From positions 41,480-105,479 of the forward strand of contig CBFIDD010000005.1 in assembly GCA_965661285.1 (NCBI GenBank): a stretch of DNA of 64,000 nucleotides. Reading direction: 5' to 3'. The DNA comes from Poseidonia sp. GTDB lineage: Archaea > Thermoplasmatota > Poseidoniia > Poseidoniales > Poseidoniaceae. Position numbers and translations under genes: made by a program. Of the stretch, positions 37,301 through 46,363 are shown piece after piece. The notes beneath the pieces were generated by a model. That model did not search any database and had not been told where the DNA came from. It saw only the letters and a program-made list of their open reading frames with translations. Within the stretch, counting starts at the first letter, position 1, and the number at the start of each line of letters is the position of its first letter.

Positions 37301-39657
37301 ACGCCGATGTTGGTGCCGGCGTAGAGGCTGCCACTTCCAGTACTGAATTCAACAGCGAAGTCGAAGAATTGCTGGGGGCGTGTTTGCCAGGAAGAGCCCT
37401 GGCCGAAACCGGTCATCTGGTTGCCGTCCCACTTGCGTGCGCCCTGTTGCGTGCCGATGTAGAGGTTGGTCCCGTCGGTGTCCAAGGCGTAAATTTGGTC
37501 GGAGGGAAGTTGTCCACCGCGGTTACTTGCGATCAACGGCGAGAGAATCTCACCGGTGCTGAGGTCCTTTCGCACGACGCCAAAGCCCTGCAGGCCGAGG
37601 TGGAGGATGTCGCCGACCATGGCGACGGGCGCATTGTTGACACCGTTGATGCCGGTGGACCCCCATGGTTCAAGCCAAGTGTCGTTGATGATGTCGTACC
37701 GGAGCAGACCTTTGTCTTCGGTGGCCATGTAGGCGATGTCGTCAAAAAGCGCCACATCACCGACAAAGGAGGTCGGCAGGCCGTTGGTCGAGTCGTAGGC
37801 GGTGCAGCCGACGTTCGCTCGGTCAAAGTGGACGAACACGCCTGTTTCCAGCGACATCACAACGTTGTCATCGTTGACGGCGATGCCGAGAATATCGGCC
37901 GATGAGGGATAGCACCCTGAGGTTCCGTCGTATGTTTGGATGGTGTTCCCGTTGCCGTCCAGTTCTTCCACAGTCGGGCTCCCTTCCATCGCGACGAACA
38001 GCGACGAAGTTCCTTGTTGCGGGTTTGTTGCGGCAACCAAGTCCACCACGTTGTCGCTCAAACTCCAAGGCGTCAACCACGCAGCATCGCCAATATCGTA
38101 GCGAAGTAACTGCATCGAATTGTCGCCCGTTCCCACGTAGAGGATGCTGTCCACTTCCACCAGCGCCGTCATGTCGTTGGTCGATGGTGCGCTGGCGAGA
38201 CGGATGTTTCCTTCCACAAAGGTCGCTTGATTGGGCGAGAGGTGAATCAAATTGCCGCTCCCATCGTCAACCAAAACGGCGTCAACCGCAGGGGATGCAC
38301 CGCCGCTGGAGGGCCACTGCAACAGCGACGCGCCGTCGTTGGCAAGGCCCAGCGTCACAAGGTCGTACGTGGTGGAGAACACCCCGCTGCTGGTGTTGTA
38401 GGTGTGGAGCGAATCGCCGCTGAGGATGAGCAAGGACGGGCCCACACGAGCCAACCCTGCGATGACATCGCTGGCCAACCAATTCCCAGCGTTCCACGTC
38501 GAGAGCCAAAAGCCGGCGACGTAATCAAAGCGCGCCAGCCCGTTGTCCGGGGACCCAAAGAGGAGTTGATTTCCGGAGGTGGCCATGTGGGTGATGCTGT
38601 CGGAATGAAGGTTGTTCGCCGAGCTCCAGGTGGAGAGTGCGCTTCCGGTGTTGGTGTCGTATCGCAGGACGCCCGCCCCTTCAAACGCAGCGTAGACGAT
38701 CCCGTTGACTTCAATCATGGAGAGAGGTGATGAAGATGTCGAGGCACCGAGGGATGAAACAGCATTCCATGCTGCACCGTCCCACTTTGAAAGGCCCACA
38801 TCATTCGCTGCGAACACTTCGCCACCGCTCGTCATCAGGAAGCGCTCGTGGTCACCATCGGCCAGCGGTGTGACGAAACTGCTGTCGGTGGTCTGGAGGG
38901 CGCGGAAGGTGCCGTCGCCCATCAAGAGGTGAAGGATGTCGGTGCTGTCATCCATGACCATGTCGAGCACGCCGCCCTCGGTGGTGTAGTCGTAGACGTC
39001 GATGATGTTCGGGTCGTTGCTGGCATGGAGGACGAAGAGGTGGTCGTTGACAGCGAGGTAGAGAAGGCCAGAATCCGGGTTGGTAACGTGGTCTCGTATC
39101 TCAACATCAAGCGGCGTGAGGGAGACGATCGGGTCGGCAGGAGCAAGAGCTTCAATGACCATCTTGGTGATTTCAGCGTCGGATGGCAAATCCCAGCCGG
39201 CACCTGAATTGCTGTTGGGGTTGAGCCGCCCCGTGTAGGTGTTGCCGGTGCTGAACGCATTTGCTTCTCCAAGTACGCCCAGCCCGCGCCAGTCAAACAA
39301 CGATGTTCCAAGTCCATCAACGACGAGTTGTGGCTCCTGAATGGTCGTACCGTCTTGACCGCTGGCGCGAATTTCTAACGTGATGTTGGATAATTCTGCT
39401 CCGGGTGCGAACGCCAATTCCCAGTCAGCGCTCGCTCGTTGACCGGTTTCAGGAACCGCTCCGACGGCATCGAGGGTGACCCATCCCGTGTCGTTACTTC
39501 CTTCCAGTGGCCATGTTACGCCGCTTGGTTCGGCGTGTGCAGAAACCATGGGCGTCGTGAGCAGAGGACCCATCGACATGAGCACCATCAGGGCTACCAT
39601 CGAGAGCGCTCGTTGACGATGGGCACCGACCTCGTTGGCATGCGCCCTGTGATTCAT
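31327..39657 (-). CDS. Giant (2776 aa) surface protein: multiple beta-propellers, FN3-like repeats, C-terminal TM and cytoplasmic tail
   Basis: Signal peptide, recurring '(N)GLPS(N/D)xV' blade motifs, four 'D(R/V/H)xxDxG' repeats, TM followed by RGR, Pro/Ala/Gln tail. Confidence 0.85.
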   Translation of the reverse strand: MNHRAHANEVGAHRQRALSMVALMVLMSMGPLLTTPMVSAHAEPSGVTWPLEGSNDTGWVTLDAVGAVPETGQRASADWELAFAPGAELSNITLEIRASGQDGTTIQEPQLVVDGLGTSLFDWRGLGVLGEANAFSTGNTYTGRLNPNSNSGAGWDLPSDAEITKMVIEALAPADPIVSLTPLDVEIRDHVTNPDSGLLYLAVNDHLFVLHASNDPNIIDVYDYTTEGGVLDMVMDDSTDILHLLMGDGTFRALQTTDSSFVTPLADGDHERFLMTSGGEVFAANDVGLSKWDGAAWNAVSSLGASTSSSPLSMIEVNGIVYAAFEGAGVLRYDTNTGSALSTWSSANNLHSDSITHMATSGNQLLFGSPDNGLARFDYVAGFWLSTWNAGNWLASDVIAGLARVGPSLLILSGDSLHTYNTSSGVFSTTYDLVTLGLANDGASLLQWPSSGGASPAVDAVLVDDGSGNLIHLSPNQATFVEGNIRLASAPSTNDMTALVEVDSILYVGTGDNSMQLLRYDIGDAAWLTPWSLSDNVVDLVAATNPQQGTSSLFVAMEGSPTVEELDGNGNTIQTYDGTSGCYPSSADILGIAVNDDNVVMSLETGVFVHFDRANVGCTAYDSTNGLPTSFVGDVALFDDIAYMATEDKGLLRYDIINDTWLEPWGSTGINGVNNAPVAMVGDILHLGLQGFGVVRKDLSTGEILSPLIASNRGGQLPSDQIYALDTDGTNLYIGTQQGARKWDGNQMTGFGQGSSWQTRPQQFFDFAVEFSTGSGSLYAGTNIGVCKYSIATMSIDDCQNVYDGMPNWATYSVGFDSTYVYGGTNSGVGLITKSNFQHDENWGQGTQTGNAVVEIMGNIAYIGTEGLGVLRYDITNNQWLTPFTEDNGVLDGGNDDVTGLVADIRPNLLWVGGDDGFQLINVTTGGEAYDIERSSSLYNANGAPRDMMIHNNILYYHAGDQSDEVSRLDVANLTALTNLDIGAQVGQNGGDIVSMELSGDTLMVSVVSGQWWNSDGSGGIARWNTTNSSWEGNILPTGSIDRVTAYESTNGNTWVSWGELKLELYDSSQNLVNSWTNLGFPIRGIVEHNGETLFATEDGVERYNENTNTWNTTWEAGNGLPSNAGDIFYELWTDGTHLVVGGADFNRFGQFNEGIISHRNGAGAWTAYPADSNNNIPDGYPISMEMCGGMLNIAMYNNNGGIARIDLQNATVNAGFDRSQLDGFGPASVTCDNQDTLYIGYYADNQPISRYSYTTSAFLSSLTTSSHNLPSDRVWYDALSHSGTQLIVGHAVGNSGSNLIAGGYSTLVASGATALQAQIQGAGSPVTSLQWLSGSSEWLIGRAGGSSGYSEVATLSSSGRQTVVDLPGLVSGQVPTMVANATHLWVSTGTSATTGNFGGTGTGLLQGTFLPNGTVEWQYGWTLPGNTVASDLHLHGTDLYIASSPGGMLKLDTTTKLISSIGGSLHTKFDTMHTYNSQVVIGLAGDGGSPPGVQMFNPNTDQFGNGRLIAGLPSNIVNGFADSTGVLYIATDGGVGRWNYSTNDWMDSITASNGLPTNVVEDVVVIGSTVYMATPSGLFVWDPSTQSGTTLTKANGLMGQSAWGLAVTTNNLGASTLIVGHDGRSATDRPGVSLVDPSSLQVSSTHRFDQLPSNTVTALAADWWGIHMATDVGPLTHWNASSGDFEDGTSSFQIQYPVIHMMSDGEDVLSVGSQNNIMLSEARSSAHSVTTFLSAMEADMGTLGANHIWAITEEGLQGWDRTGQFAPVDATSMRRASPLTVRTLNNGGLDITAMTHPGMSLDLADPNGAYSLDNTVGTPGIHGLLFQNVPVVLTSPVTGAAVWAKSVALEYDVLLNLSQDPSLSLNLQDAVDNGMLYNNTRHVTLRLFSPANGSLEARLTYDYVRSDTPVTMVGLEDRPDDGGSVLSASWSLVHDEDFARYLVFLNEGPWATAPTELDLLGQTPDKAISLHSRLGADIETANGVPLKDGTDYYSVVVAEYTDGRWGKISPPFGPASPSDEIPGAPLWAAASAMGSNGDDGDIELEWARCTALDLATTNVYVSTTPMLDALGRTPYTSYAPNEGNQSVISQTPGVPVWIGFTCVDEAGQENLSNVTIVGPVVPTGELNDNDAPAPVEGTEASDVPDDEGGRIAVSWNISTAEDCAFYTVFMKQGDHTSDDVGAVDGFSQAAVVNPCDENQTIISSLDGVPLIDGQIYTVGVVAYDVWLNGNADEVVLVTATPLQNIIGQGTTPPRITSLMAFDHANDDGTAIDVVWEPSTVEDFASYTVWVANAPVEDLSLAYAAFGNNANVCGCFTFDKQWIDERTNPIELTISTALYVKSGNDLSQGTPGLIQPDVELYVAVTVHDLKGNVHLTDLTQVSVTPIDNINDNIAPDRLEDLTLTDRPNDDGRALLLSFDLSEADDASQYLVYAESFNFEGSVGQEGTQMALNPVATLDRTPELPLVIDLLAGDIPVIPGQEVWVAVVVVDSAGNAHVDGLTMASSAATDEGITDPGVYLPDIEGVEAAWFEETSIFVEWEHSVNANVRGYHVYISEEMFTSTDDATMVGETASANSLLISQDMFDGLTNASTYYIAVVPYDDAVAKSTVEAVELGALGAAGEGDGASDSDSPLSLESLLTTPNLIAAGMFLIVVLLLVLVVRGRSNSKQRSKSWELQEATWGIQDSNWNTPAAAPQAAPPVAAPAPPPGITTQQANDIYTAANQIQSSDYGRPAYQAAQPVLKPQVDPALLDGLLDEPAPAQKAPQIDTSFLDDLL

Positions 39658-39678
39658 AGAAAGCCGTGCTTTTTCACT

Positions 39679-39686
39679 TATTTGAA
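39679..39686 (-). promoter_or_regulatory. TATA-like box TTCAAATA of the giant gene (leaderless)
   Basis: Begins 29 nt before ATG 39657, the same motif and spacing as at 5045. Confidence 0.6.
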
Positions 39687-39875
39687 GGAAAGCCTTCGCT
39701 GTCTGTACAATGCTCTTGAACAGGGGGGGAGAGGGTTGGCATACCTCGTGCTAATCTGTAATGGTTGAAATCTCACCACGGGGCGGTTTACGAGGCGGTT
39801 AAAACACCGTAGAACGGGTCATCCTCTCGCACAACAATCAAACCCCGCCTTCTCGCCCTTTTTTTGGGGAAGCCC

Positions 39876-42200
39876 ATGTCCATGAGCCAAAAAGACCGGA
39901 TGCTGCGCAAGGAAGCGCTTGAGTATCACGAGGCTGAGCCTCAAGGAAAAATCAAGGTCGTTCCGACCAAACCCCACGCTACGGCTCACGAATTGAGCCT
40001 GGCTTATTCCCCGGGTGTGGCTTACCCCTGTTTGGAAATTGAAAAACGCTCGGAAGACGCATACCGTTACACGTCAAAAGGCAACCTCGTCGCTGTTATT
40101 TCCAACGGCACCGCCGTGCTTGGCTTGGGTAATATCGGGGCCCTCGCCAGTAAACCGGTCATGGAAGGCAAGGGCCTCCTCCTGAAGACCTTCGCCGGTA
40201 TTGATGTCTTTGACATCGAAGTGGACACCGAAGACCCTGAAGAATTCATCAACACCGTCGTCAACATATCAAAGACGTTTGGCGGCATCAACCTTGAGGA
40301 TATCAAAGCCCCGGAATGCTTTGAGATCGAGCGCCGAATCGCGGAAGCCACCGACATTCCGGTCATGCACGACGACCAGCACGGGACGGCCATAATCTCC
40401 GCCGCCGCCCTGCTCAATGCCGCAGAATTGCAGGGCAAAGAACTGGCTGACCTCTCGGTGGTCGTCATCGGTGCTGGTGCATCCGCCATCGCTTGTGCCA
40501 ATCACTACGTCGCCGTGGGCGTGAGCATGGGGAACATCACGCTGGTCGACAGTCAAGGCATCATCACCAAGGCTCGGTTGGATGCGGGTGAATTGAACGA
40601 GTACAAGGCACCGTTTGCACAAGACCGTCCCGCTGGAGACCTTGCAGACGCTCTCAAGGGCGCAGACGTCATGTTGGGGCTTTCCAAGGGCGGCTTGGTC
40701 ACCAAGGACATGGTTGCCAGCATGGCTCAGAAACCCATCATCTTCGCACTGGCCAACCCGACACCCGAAATCCTACCTGAAGAGGTCCTCAAGGTCCGCG
40801 AGGATGCCATCATCGCAACCGGACGCTCGGACTACCCCAACCAGGTGAACAACGTGCTCGGCTTTCCTTACATCTTCCGAGGTGCCTTGGACGTTCGGGC
40901 GCGCGACATCACGCAGAACATGAAAATGGCCGCCACCCGAGCGCTCGCGGCTCTTGCCAAAGAGCCGGTGCCCGACTACATTTCTGCGGCGTACGACGGC
41001 GTGGTCATGCAGTACGGCCCTGAGTACATCATTCCCAAACCGTTTGACCGCCGCGTCTTGATTTGGGAGGCTGCTGCCGTTGCCCAGGCTGCCGTCGATG
41101 AAGGCATCGCTGCGGTTTCAGCCGACGATTTTGACGTGAATCGATACAGAGAGGAACTCGAGGCTCGTTTGGGAGAATCCTACTCTGTCATGCGGCAGAT
41201 GATCAATCAGGTCAAGGGCAAGGGCAAACGGATCGTGTTCCCTGAAGGCGACAAAGAATCGGTGTTGCGAGCTGCCGCTCAACTTGTGGAGCAAAACATC
41301 TGCCACCCCATCCTTCTCGGCCCCGTCGACCGCATCGACCGCATGGTTGAGGAATTGGGGTTGAACTTTGAATACGAAGCCTACGACCCTCGCTACGACG
41401 AACGCCGAAAAACGAAGTACGCCAACGCCTTCTTCAAGCGAAGACAGCGAAAAGGCACGACCTGGCCGGATGCTGCACGGCTGCTCAAGAGCCGCCCTTA
41501 CTTCGCAGCGCAGATGGTGAAGTCGGGTGATGCCGACGGCTTTGTCGGGGGCGTCAGTCGAAACTACGCCGACGTGCTGAGGCCAACCCTCGAACTTATT
41601 GGAAAAGCCGACGATGCGCATTGCGTCATCGGTTGCTACATGATGAACATCAAAGGGCGCACCATCTTCCTGGCGGATGCGACGGTCAACGTCTACCCCG
41701 ACAGTCGAACACTGGCTGAAATCGCAGTTCAAACCGCCAAAGTCGCACGCAGGTTCGGCGTGGCCCCGCGGGTCGCGATGCTTTCGTTCTCCAACTTTGG
41801 CTCGACCCGAGCCCAGCGGTCTGAACGCATCGAGGACGCCGTTGAGATGGCGCGAACCTTGGACCCGACCCTCATGATCGACGGTCCAATGCAAAGCGAT
41901 ACAGCGCTGAATCCGACCATCCAAGAGGAATACCCTTTCATGAAACTCGCCGGCCCGGCGAACGTGTTGATCCTGCCAAACCTCGCCTCGGCCAACATTG
42001 CCTACAAACTCCTCGAGGAACTTGGGGATGCAGAAATGACCGGCCCCATCCTCGAGGGCATGGCGCATCCCGTTCAACTCGTGGCTCGCCAAGACGGTGT
42101 TCGTCACATCGTCAACATGGCCACGATTTGTACCGCCGATGCGATTCGAAAAGACACCTATTGGGCGACGCTCATCGAGGAAGACTCCACGTCATCGTAG
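39876..42200 (+). CDS. maeB: NADP-dependent malic enzyme with phosphotransacetylase-like domain
   Basis: '[10 protein letters not shown]', '[17 protein letters not shown]', 'HDDQHGTAI', 'GAGAS', '[12 protein letters not shown]'. PTA domain 'RIVFPEG', '[10 protein letters not shown]'. Confidence 0.97.
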   Translation: MSMSQKDRMLRKEALEYHEAEPQGKIKVVPTKPHATAHELSLAYSPGVAYPCLEIEKRSEDAYRYTSKGNLVAVISNGTAVLGLGNIGALASKPVMEGKGLLLKTFAGIDVFDIEVDTEDPEEFINTVVNISKTFGGINLEDIKAPECFEIERRIAEATDIPVMHDDQHGTAIISAAALLNAAELQGKELADLSVVVIGAGASAIACANHYVAVGVSMGNITLVDSQGIITKARLDAGELNEYKAPFAQDRPAGDLADALKGADVMLGLSKGGLVTKDMVASMAQKPIIFALANPTPEILPEEVLKVREDAIIATGRSDYPNQVNNVLGFPYIFRGALDVRARDITQNMKMAATRALAALAKEPVPDYISAAYDGVVMQYGPEYIIPKPFDRRVLIWEAAAVAQAAVDEGIAAVSADDFDVNRYREELEARLGESYSVMRQMINQVKGKGKRIVFPEGDKESVLRAAAQLVEQNICHPILLGPVDRIDRMVEELGLNFEYEAYDPRYDERRKTKYANAFFKRRQRKGTTWPDAARLLKSRPYFAAQMVKSGDADGFVGGVSRNYADVLRPTLELIGKADDAHCVIGCYMMNIKGRTIFLADATVNVYPDSRTLAEIAVQTAKVARRFGVAPRVAMLSFSNFGSTRAQRSERIEDAVEMARTLDPTLMIDGPMQSDTALNPTIQEEYPFMKLAGPANVLILPNLASANIAYKLLEELGDAEMTGPILEGMAHPVQLVARQDGVRHIVNMATICTADAIRKDTYWATLIEEDSTSS

Positions 42201-43024
42201 CGCAGAATCGGTCGCCGAGGACGCCAAATCGCTCCGGTGAAGAATCCGGCGCACAACCCCCCAAACAGCAAGTTGACCCAACCTTCCGTCGCATAGTCGC
42301 CCATCCCTCTCAGCACGGGAATCAGAAAGGAAGGAACGATGCCCAAGAGCGTCGTCCACACCAGTTCTGAGCGCACGTTCTTCCATCGGTCGGTGTGCTC
42401 GGGAACACGCTTGGGATCCTCTTTGCGTACCGGCGTGAGGGCCAACCTGACGACCACGTTGGGCAGCGGGCGGTCAAGCGGTACGCTGGTCATGGCGGTG
42501 ATGGTGTCGTTGCGGGGATGAACGGCGATGGCGGCGGTTTGGGCTGACGCAGGGCCAAGGAGTTCGTTGGGCCGAGGACGTCCGTCCATCATCGCACCAC
42601 GGTTGTTGGAGGTGGGTGCGTCGGCCAATCGCTCCGTGAGGCCGTTGTCGAGCATCAACACGCCTTGGGTCCGAGCAGCCTGCCACTCGGCTTGGGAAAG
42701 GGCTCGCAGTTCCCATTCGCCCTCGAGCGGCTGGGTCGCTGAGGTGAACGCTGCGGTCCCCATGATGTGGTCGGCCAACTCGGCGAGTTCGAGGGAGGTG
42801 AGTTCTTCGGTCGGTCGACCGTTCTCGCCACTTTCCTCTTTCACGCCCATGGCGTTGGCGACTTCTCCAGCGGTCAGCGGGGAAGCCATGACGTAGAACA
42901 TCGGTGTCTTCGCCTCGTAACAAGGGCGCTGGCTGGCGTAAACCCAACCGCCTTTGGTGGTGCCCATGACGGTGGTGGCTTGGCTGACGGGCGTGAACTC
43001 AAGACCGCTGAGGCTGATGGTCAC
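42158..43024 (-). CDS. Hypothetical protein, degenerate FGE/SUMF1-like domain plus two C-terminal TMs
   Basis: 'MG..P....FYVMASPLT', '[11 protein letters not shown]' (cf. RLPTEAEWE), 'VVVRLA', and a TM hairpin. Confidence 0.55.
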   Translation of the reverse strand: MTISLSGLEFTPVSQATTVMGTTKGGWVYASQRPCYEAKTPMFYVMASPLTAGEVANAMGVKEESGENGRPTEELTSLELAELADHIMGTAAFTSATQPLEGEWELRALSQAEWQAARTQGVLMLDNGLTERLADAPTSNNRGAMMDGRPRPNELLGPASAQTAAIAVHPRNDTITAMTSVPLDRPLPNVVVRLALTPVRKEDPKRVPEHTDRWKNVRSELVWTTLLGIVPSFLIPVLRGMGDYATEGWVNLLFGGLCAGFFTGAIWRPRRPILRYDDVESSSMSVAQ

Positions 43025-43033
43025 GGCAACCCC

Positions 43034-43726
43034 TCAATTCAACGAAGCTTCCATCCGCTTGTACCAAGACATGCCGTTCACATGGTCGGTCAGTTGCTGA
43101 AATTGTGGGTAGGGCGATACCGAGCGCATGTAGCCAAAGGCGGCGAAGTCCACCAAGTCGGGCTCGTCACCTCCGAAGAAGGGTTGACCGTCATGGGCAT
43201 CGGTGAACTCCGTGAGCAAATCATGCCAGAGCTGTTTGGGTTTCCGACCATCGTTCTTTACACGCTTTCTGGCGATGATGCCCCACATGATGGGGAAGCC
43301 TGCCCAGGCGTAAAGTCGCTTGGAAATGAAGCCAAAGTTTTCGATTTTGGAGATGCGCGTGGTGGTTTTGAGGGCGGAGCCGAGGCTGCCGTAGAGAATC
43401 GGGACGGTGGCTTTGGACATGTGGGTGTCAACCCAGGTCATCCAGGTATCTTGACGGGTTTTATCCCCACGAGCGGCCAATTTGCCTTCGTTGTATTTCT
43501 CGTCGATCGCCCGCATGATGGGCGTGGAATCGACATGGTGTTGACCCGCTTCATCGGTAAAGACCGGCACCTTTCCCCAATCGCCTGCGAAGGCGACCTC
43601 CTTTTTGATGCGCATGCCGTTGACCGGAATGTAATCGGTATCGACCTTGAGATGCTCGAGCACACCGCGCACTTTCCAACAGAAAGGGCACGAGTACAGC
43701 AGATGCAGGGCAGGGGTCTGGCCCAT
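43034..43726 (-). CDS. Glutathione S-transferase, prostaglandin E synthase 2-like
   Basis: 'YSCPFCWKVR', 'KVPV', 'DSTPIM', 'FFGGDEPDLVDFAAFG'. A TTGAAGAA box 30 nt before ATG 43726. Confidence 0.85.
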   Translation of the reverse strand: MGQTPALHLLYSCPFCWKVRGVLEHLKVDTDYIPVNGMRIKKEVAFAGDWGKVPVFTDEAGQHHVDSTPIMRAIDEKYNEGKLAARGDKTRQDTWMTWVDTHMSKATVPILYGSLGSALKTTTRISKIENFGFISKRLYAWAGFPIMWGIIARKRVKNDGRKPKQLWHDLLTEFTDAHDGQPFFGGDEPDLVDFAAFGYMRSVSPYPQFQQLTDHVNGMSWYKRMEASLN

Positions 43727-43752
43727 GATTCTCCCTGCGTGCGTGTCCTTCT

Positions 43753-44118
43753 TCAAGGCTCGTTCTCTTCATCCATGCCGGGTTTCCAGCCTGCTTTCCA
43801 AAAGTTGAGGTCGTCCAGCCACCCTATCCATTCTTTGTCGGTGCAGTTGAGCAAGCGGAAGGCACGCCCTTCGAGTCCCTCGCGAAGCGACGGCGACATG
43901 TCGCCTCTGTCCATGGCTTCCTTCCATTCAACTTGCATGTGTCTGATTTGACGTCGCGCCTCTTCGGGCTGGTCGAAATTCATCTCGCACGTATCGCGCA
44001 GTTCGGCGAGCCACGTACGCGTGTCTTTCAAAATGGGGTCGTTGTTGTTGGAGGCCTGTTTTGCCTTTTTCCCAAACGGCCACCAGCCCATGCCCCGTTG
44101 TAGGCGGTTTTGGTTCAT
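43753..44118 (-). CDS. Hypothetical protein with Trp-rich termini
   Basis: 121-aa ORF filling the gap, with MGWWPFGKK near the start. Confidence 0.65.
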   Translation of the reverse strand: MNQNRLQRGMGWWPFGKKAKQASNNNDPILKDTRTWLAELRDTCEMNFDQPEEARRQIRHMQVEWKEAMDRGDMSPSLREGLEGRAFRLLNCTDKEWIGWLDDLNFWKAGWKPGMDEENEP

Positions 44119-44170
44119 GGTCTTGTTTATCCGTCAACGGGTTCAAGTGGCGGCTTCGCAAGAGCGGTTC

Positions 44171-44605
44171 ATGGGCCGTCTGACCGTTCACACGCACGGC
44201 GTCCCCAAAGAAAAGGCGATGAAACATCTCGTTGAGATGTACGCTGAGCGTCTCAAAGGACGCGGGATGTCCGTGCAGCACCATCCTTCCAAATTGGATG
44301 CAACCGCCTATGTTGACCGTCTTCTGGCCATACGAGGGCGCCTCATTTTGCTCGATGAAGATGGTCTGCAAGAATCCTCCACCGCCTTCGCCGCTCGCTG
44401 TGAACGATGGCAGTTGGGCAGCGATGACGTGCATCTTGCGTTGGGGCCTGCTGAGGGATGGCCATCTCGCAGCGACCTGGACGATACGGAGCGGCTTTCC
44501 CTCTCGTCAATGACCTTTCCTCACGAACTGGCGGCGGTGATGTTGGTTGAGCAACTCTACCGGGCGAGCGAGATAAAACGTGGCTCTGGCTATCACAAAG
44601 CATGA
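44171..44605 (+). CDS. rlmH: 23S rRNA pseudouridine-1915 N3-methyltransferase (SPOUT)
   Basis: 'LLDEDG', 'LGPAEG', 'LSLSSMTFPHELAAVMLVEQLYRA..I..GSGYHK'. Confidence 0.92.
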   Translation: MGRLTVHTHGVPKEKAMKHLVEMYAERLKGRGMSVQHHPSKLDATAYVDRLLAIRGRLILLDEDGLQESSTAFAARCERWQLGSDDVHLALGPAEGWPSRSDLDDTERLSLSSMTFPHELAAVMLVEQLYRASEIKRGSGYHKA

Positions 44606-44632
44606 TATTACTCGGCGAGCAGGCCTTGGTTG

Positions 44633-45406
44633 ATGGATACGATGTTTCTTGACGAAACCTCGGGAAAATTGCTCGCTATTACCGTCCTCACCGTGGTTTC
44701 CGTCTCGCTCATTGGGGGCAGTCGACATCAACCCTTCCCGGAAATTTCCGGTCGATTCGGCTGGGTGCTCGCCAGCATCACCGCCCTGCTCGCCCTCGGT
44801 GAATCAGCTCCACGCCCAATGTCGCTGACCTTCCTGCTCGTGGTGGTGCTCGGTCTGGGGAGCTATGGCGTGCTGGTCGGTGTTCATCACATGGTGCGAA
44901 CGCGGCGGGACGTGTTCATCGCGCCGATGTCGGGCTTTGTGTTTTGTACCGGGGCGGGTGGACTCATGGTCCTGACCTGGCCCGACTTGAACACCCTCGA
45001 ACAGTGGGCTGGATTCCTCTTGCTCGTCCTGCTCGCCGGTGGTCAAACCTGGATGGTCTTCCGTGGCCTGCTCATCGGGCGTCTTCCGCTCGCTTGGAGT
45101 CAAGCCGGCATGGTGGCGTTGCAGCGACGCCAACTCCACGGCCCTCATGGTGCCATCGCCTGCTTTGAGCGTGGATGGGACGCTGACGAAGAGCACCTCA
45201 ATCCCATGGCCTACGTCGCTTTGCATCGCATCCATCTCTTCCTTGAGCAGCCCAAACAAGCGCGTCGGTGGCTGGAGGCGTTCGAAGACGCCGGTGGAGA
45301 AGCGGCGGTGGCCCCCGAATGGATCGATGCCATTCACGCGGCGTTGACCGAGATGGGTGCAGATTTTGCCGCCTTACTTCCCGAATCCATAGTGGAAGAG
45401 GGTTGA
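44633..45406 (+). CDS. Membrane protein (about 5 TMs) with C-terminal TPR-like helices
   Basis: Hydrophobic N-terminal region and helical C-terminus. Confidence 0.65.
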   Translation: MDTMFLDETSGKLLAITVLTVVSVSLIGGSRHQPFPEISGRFGWVLASITALLALGESAPRPMSLTFLLVVVLGLGSYGVLVGVHHMVRTRRDVFIAPMSGFVFCTGAGGLMVLTWPDLNTLEQWAGFLLLVLLAGGQTWMVFRGLLIGRLPLAWSQAGMVALQRRQLHGPHGAIACFERGWDADEEHLNPMAYVALHRIHLFLEQPKQARRWLEAFEDAGGEAAVAPEWIDAIHAALTEMGADFAALLPESIVEEG

Positions 45407-45449
45407 GATTGCACTTTTCCGGGGAAAAATGACACAAAACAAACGAGGA

Positions 45450-45457
45450 CTTATATC
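45450..45457 (+). promoter_or_regulatory. TATA box CTTATATC
   Basis: 29 nt before ATG 45479, preceded by an A-rich BRE-like tract. Confidence 0.6.
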
Positions 45458-45478
45458 CTTCGAGGTCGATATAATACC

Positions 45479-45760
45479 ATGAACCACCTTCAAGAGGCAC
45501 CCGATGACTGGCCCCTCGGAAACATCCTCTGGTTTGCCGTCCTCGTTTGGTTCTCCTCAAGCCTCCTCTCCCAATCGGCATACATGGCGATTCATGGCTT
45601 GCCCTATGACGCCGTGTCGATGCTCGAATCGCTCGGCCCGTTCTACTATCTCATCATCGCTCTTGAGGTGGCCATGTGGGGCGGACTCTTGGTGATGGGT
45701 TGGCTCAAGTTGAGTCGGTCGGGAGCCGACGATGCTGCCTCCGTGGGCACGTCTGCATGA
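45479..45760 (+). CDS. Small two-TM membrane protein
   Basis: Has its own TATA box and two hydrophobic helices. Confidence 0.7.
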   Translation: MNHLQEAPDDWPLGNILWFAVLVWFSSSLLSQSAYMAIHGLPYDAVSMLESLGPFYYLIIALEVAMWGGLLVMGWLKLSRSGADDAASVGTSA

Positions 45761-45854
45761 CGAATCCGTCGGATGTTTGATTTTCATCGATAAAAGCATA
45801 TTTCCCATCACGGGCATCCGATGACTACAAGAAGCGTCAAGTCAAGCGCTTACC

Positions 45855-46340
45855 GTGACTGCACCTTCTGACGAACCTCTCTATTCGGGGCTCCCCATGG
45901 CGCTGGACGAACTCTCCTCCGAGGAGATTTTGCCCTACCCGCTTCCCGAAGGGGCGATGGTGGTCACCATTGAGGAGGCCCGGGCATCGCTGCACGAAGC
46001 CAGCAACGTGCTGATGGTGCTGCAGGCGATGAGCGATGAAGCACACGACCTGACCAATGAACTCGAATTGCTCCTCGACCAATACGCCATGACGCATCCA
46101 CACGTGATGGAGGTCGCTGAGCATCTCGGTCAGTTGGTCGGCCAGTGGCAGGCCAGCGTGGCTCGCCTCGAGAGCATCGGTGCACGCATCGTTTCCATGG
46201 ACCCCGGCCGTCTGGAATGGTACGGTGTGGTTGACCACCGCATGGCCTTGTTTTCCTGGGCGGTCGGCGAGACTGATATCGAGTGGTATTATCGAATGGA
46301 GGAAGGCTTTCCTTCCCGCAAACCCCTCATAGAGGCATGA
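45855..46340 (+). CDS. DUF2203-family protein
   Basis: 'TIEEA..L', coiled region, 'G.LEW...SWAVGE..IEWY....EGF..RKPL'. Confidence 0.75.
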   Translation: MTAPSDEPLYSGLPMALDELSSEEILPYPLPEGAMVVTIEEARASLHEASNVLMVLQAMSDEAHDLTNELELLLDQYAMTHPHVMEVAEHLGQLVGQWQASVARLESIGARIVSMDPGRLEWYGVVDHRMALFSWAVGETDIEWYYRMEEGFPSRKPLIEA

Positions 46341-46363
46341 GGTCGCAGGGTTGAGGTCGGCCG

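Noticed and set aside
35917-37905. 662-aa plus-strand ORF antisense to the giant gene
   Set aside because: It is a shadow ORF from biased codon usage on the coding strand (Val/Asp/Gly-rich mirror) and has no motifs.
45761-45854. Short inverted repeats (TCGGATG/CATCCGA) as a possible riboswitch ahead of DUF2203-pduO
   Set aside because: Too short and lacking cobalamin riboswitch (B12-box) consensus; an Rfam scan would be needed to settle it.
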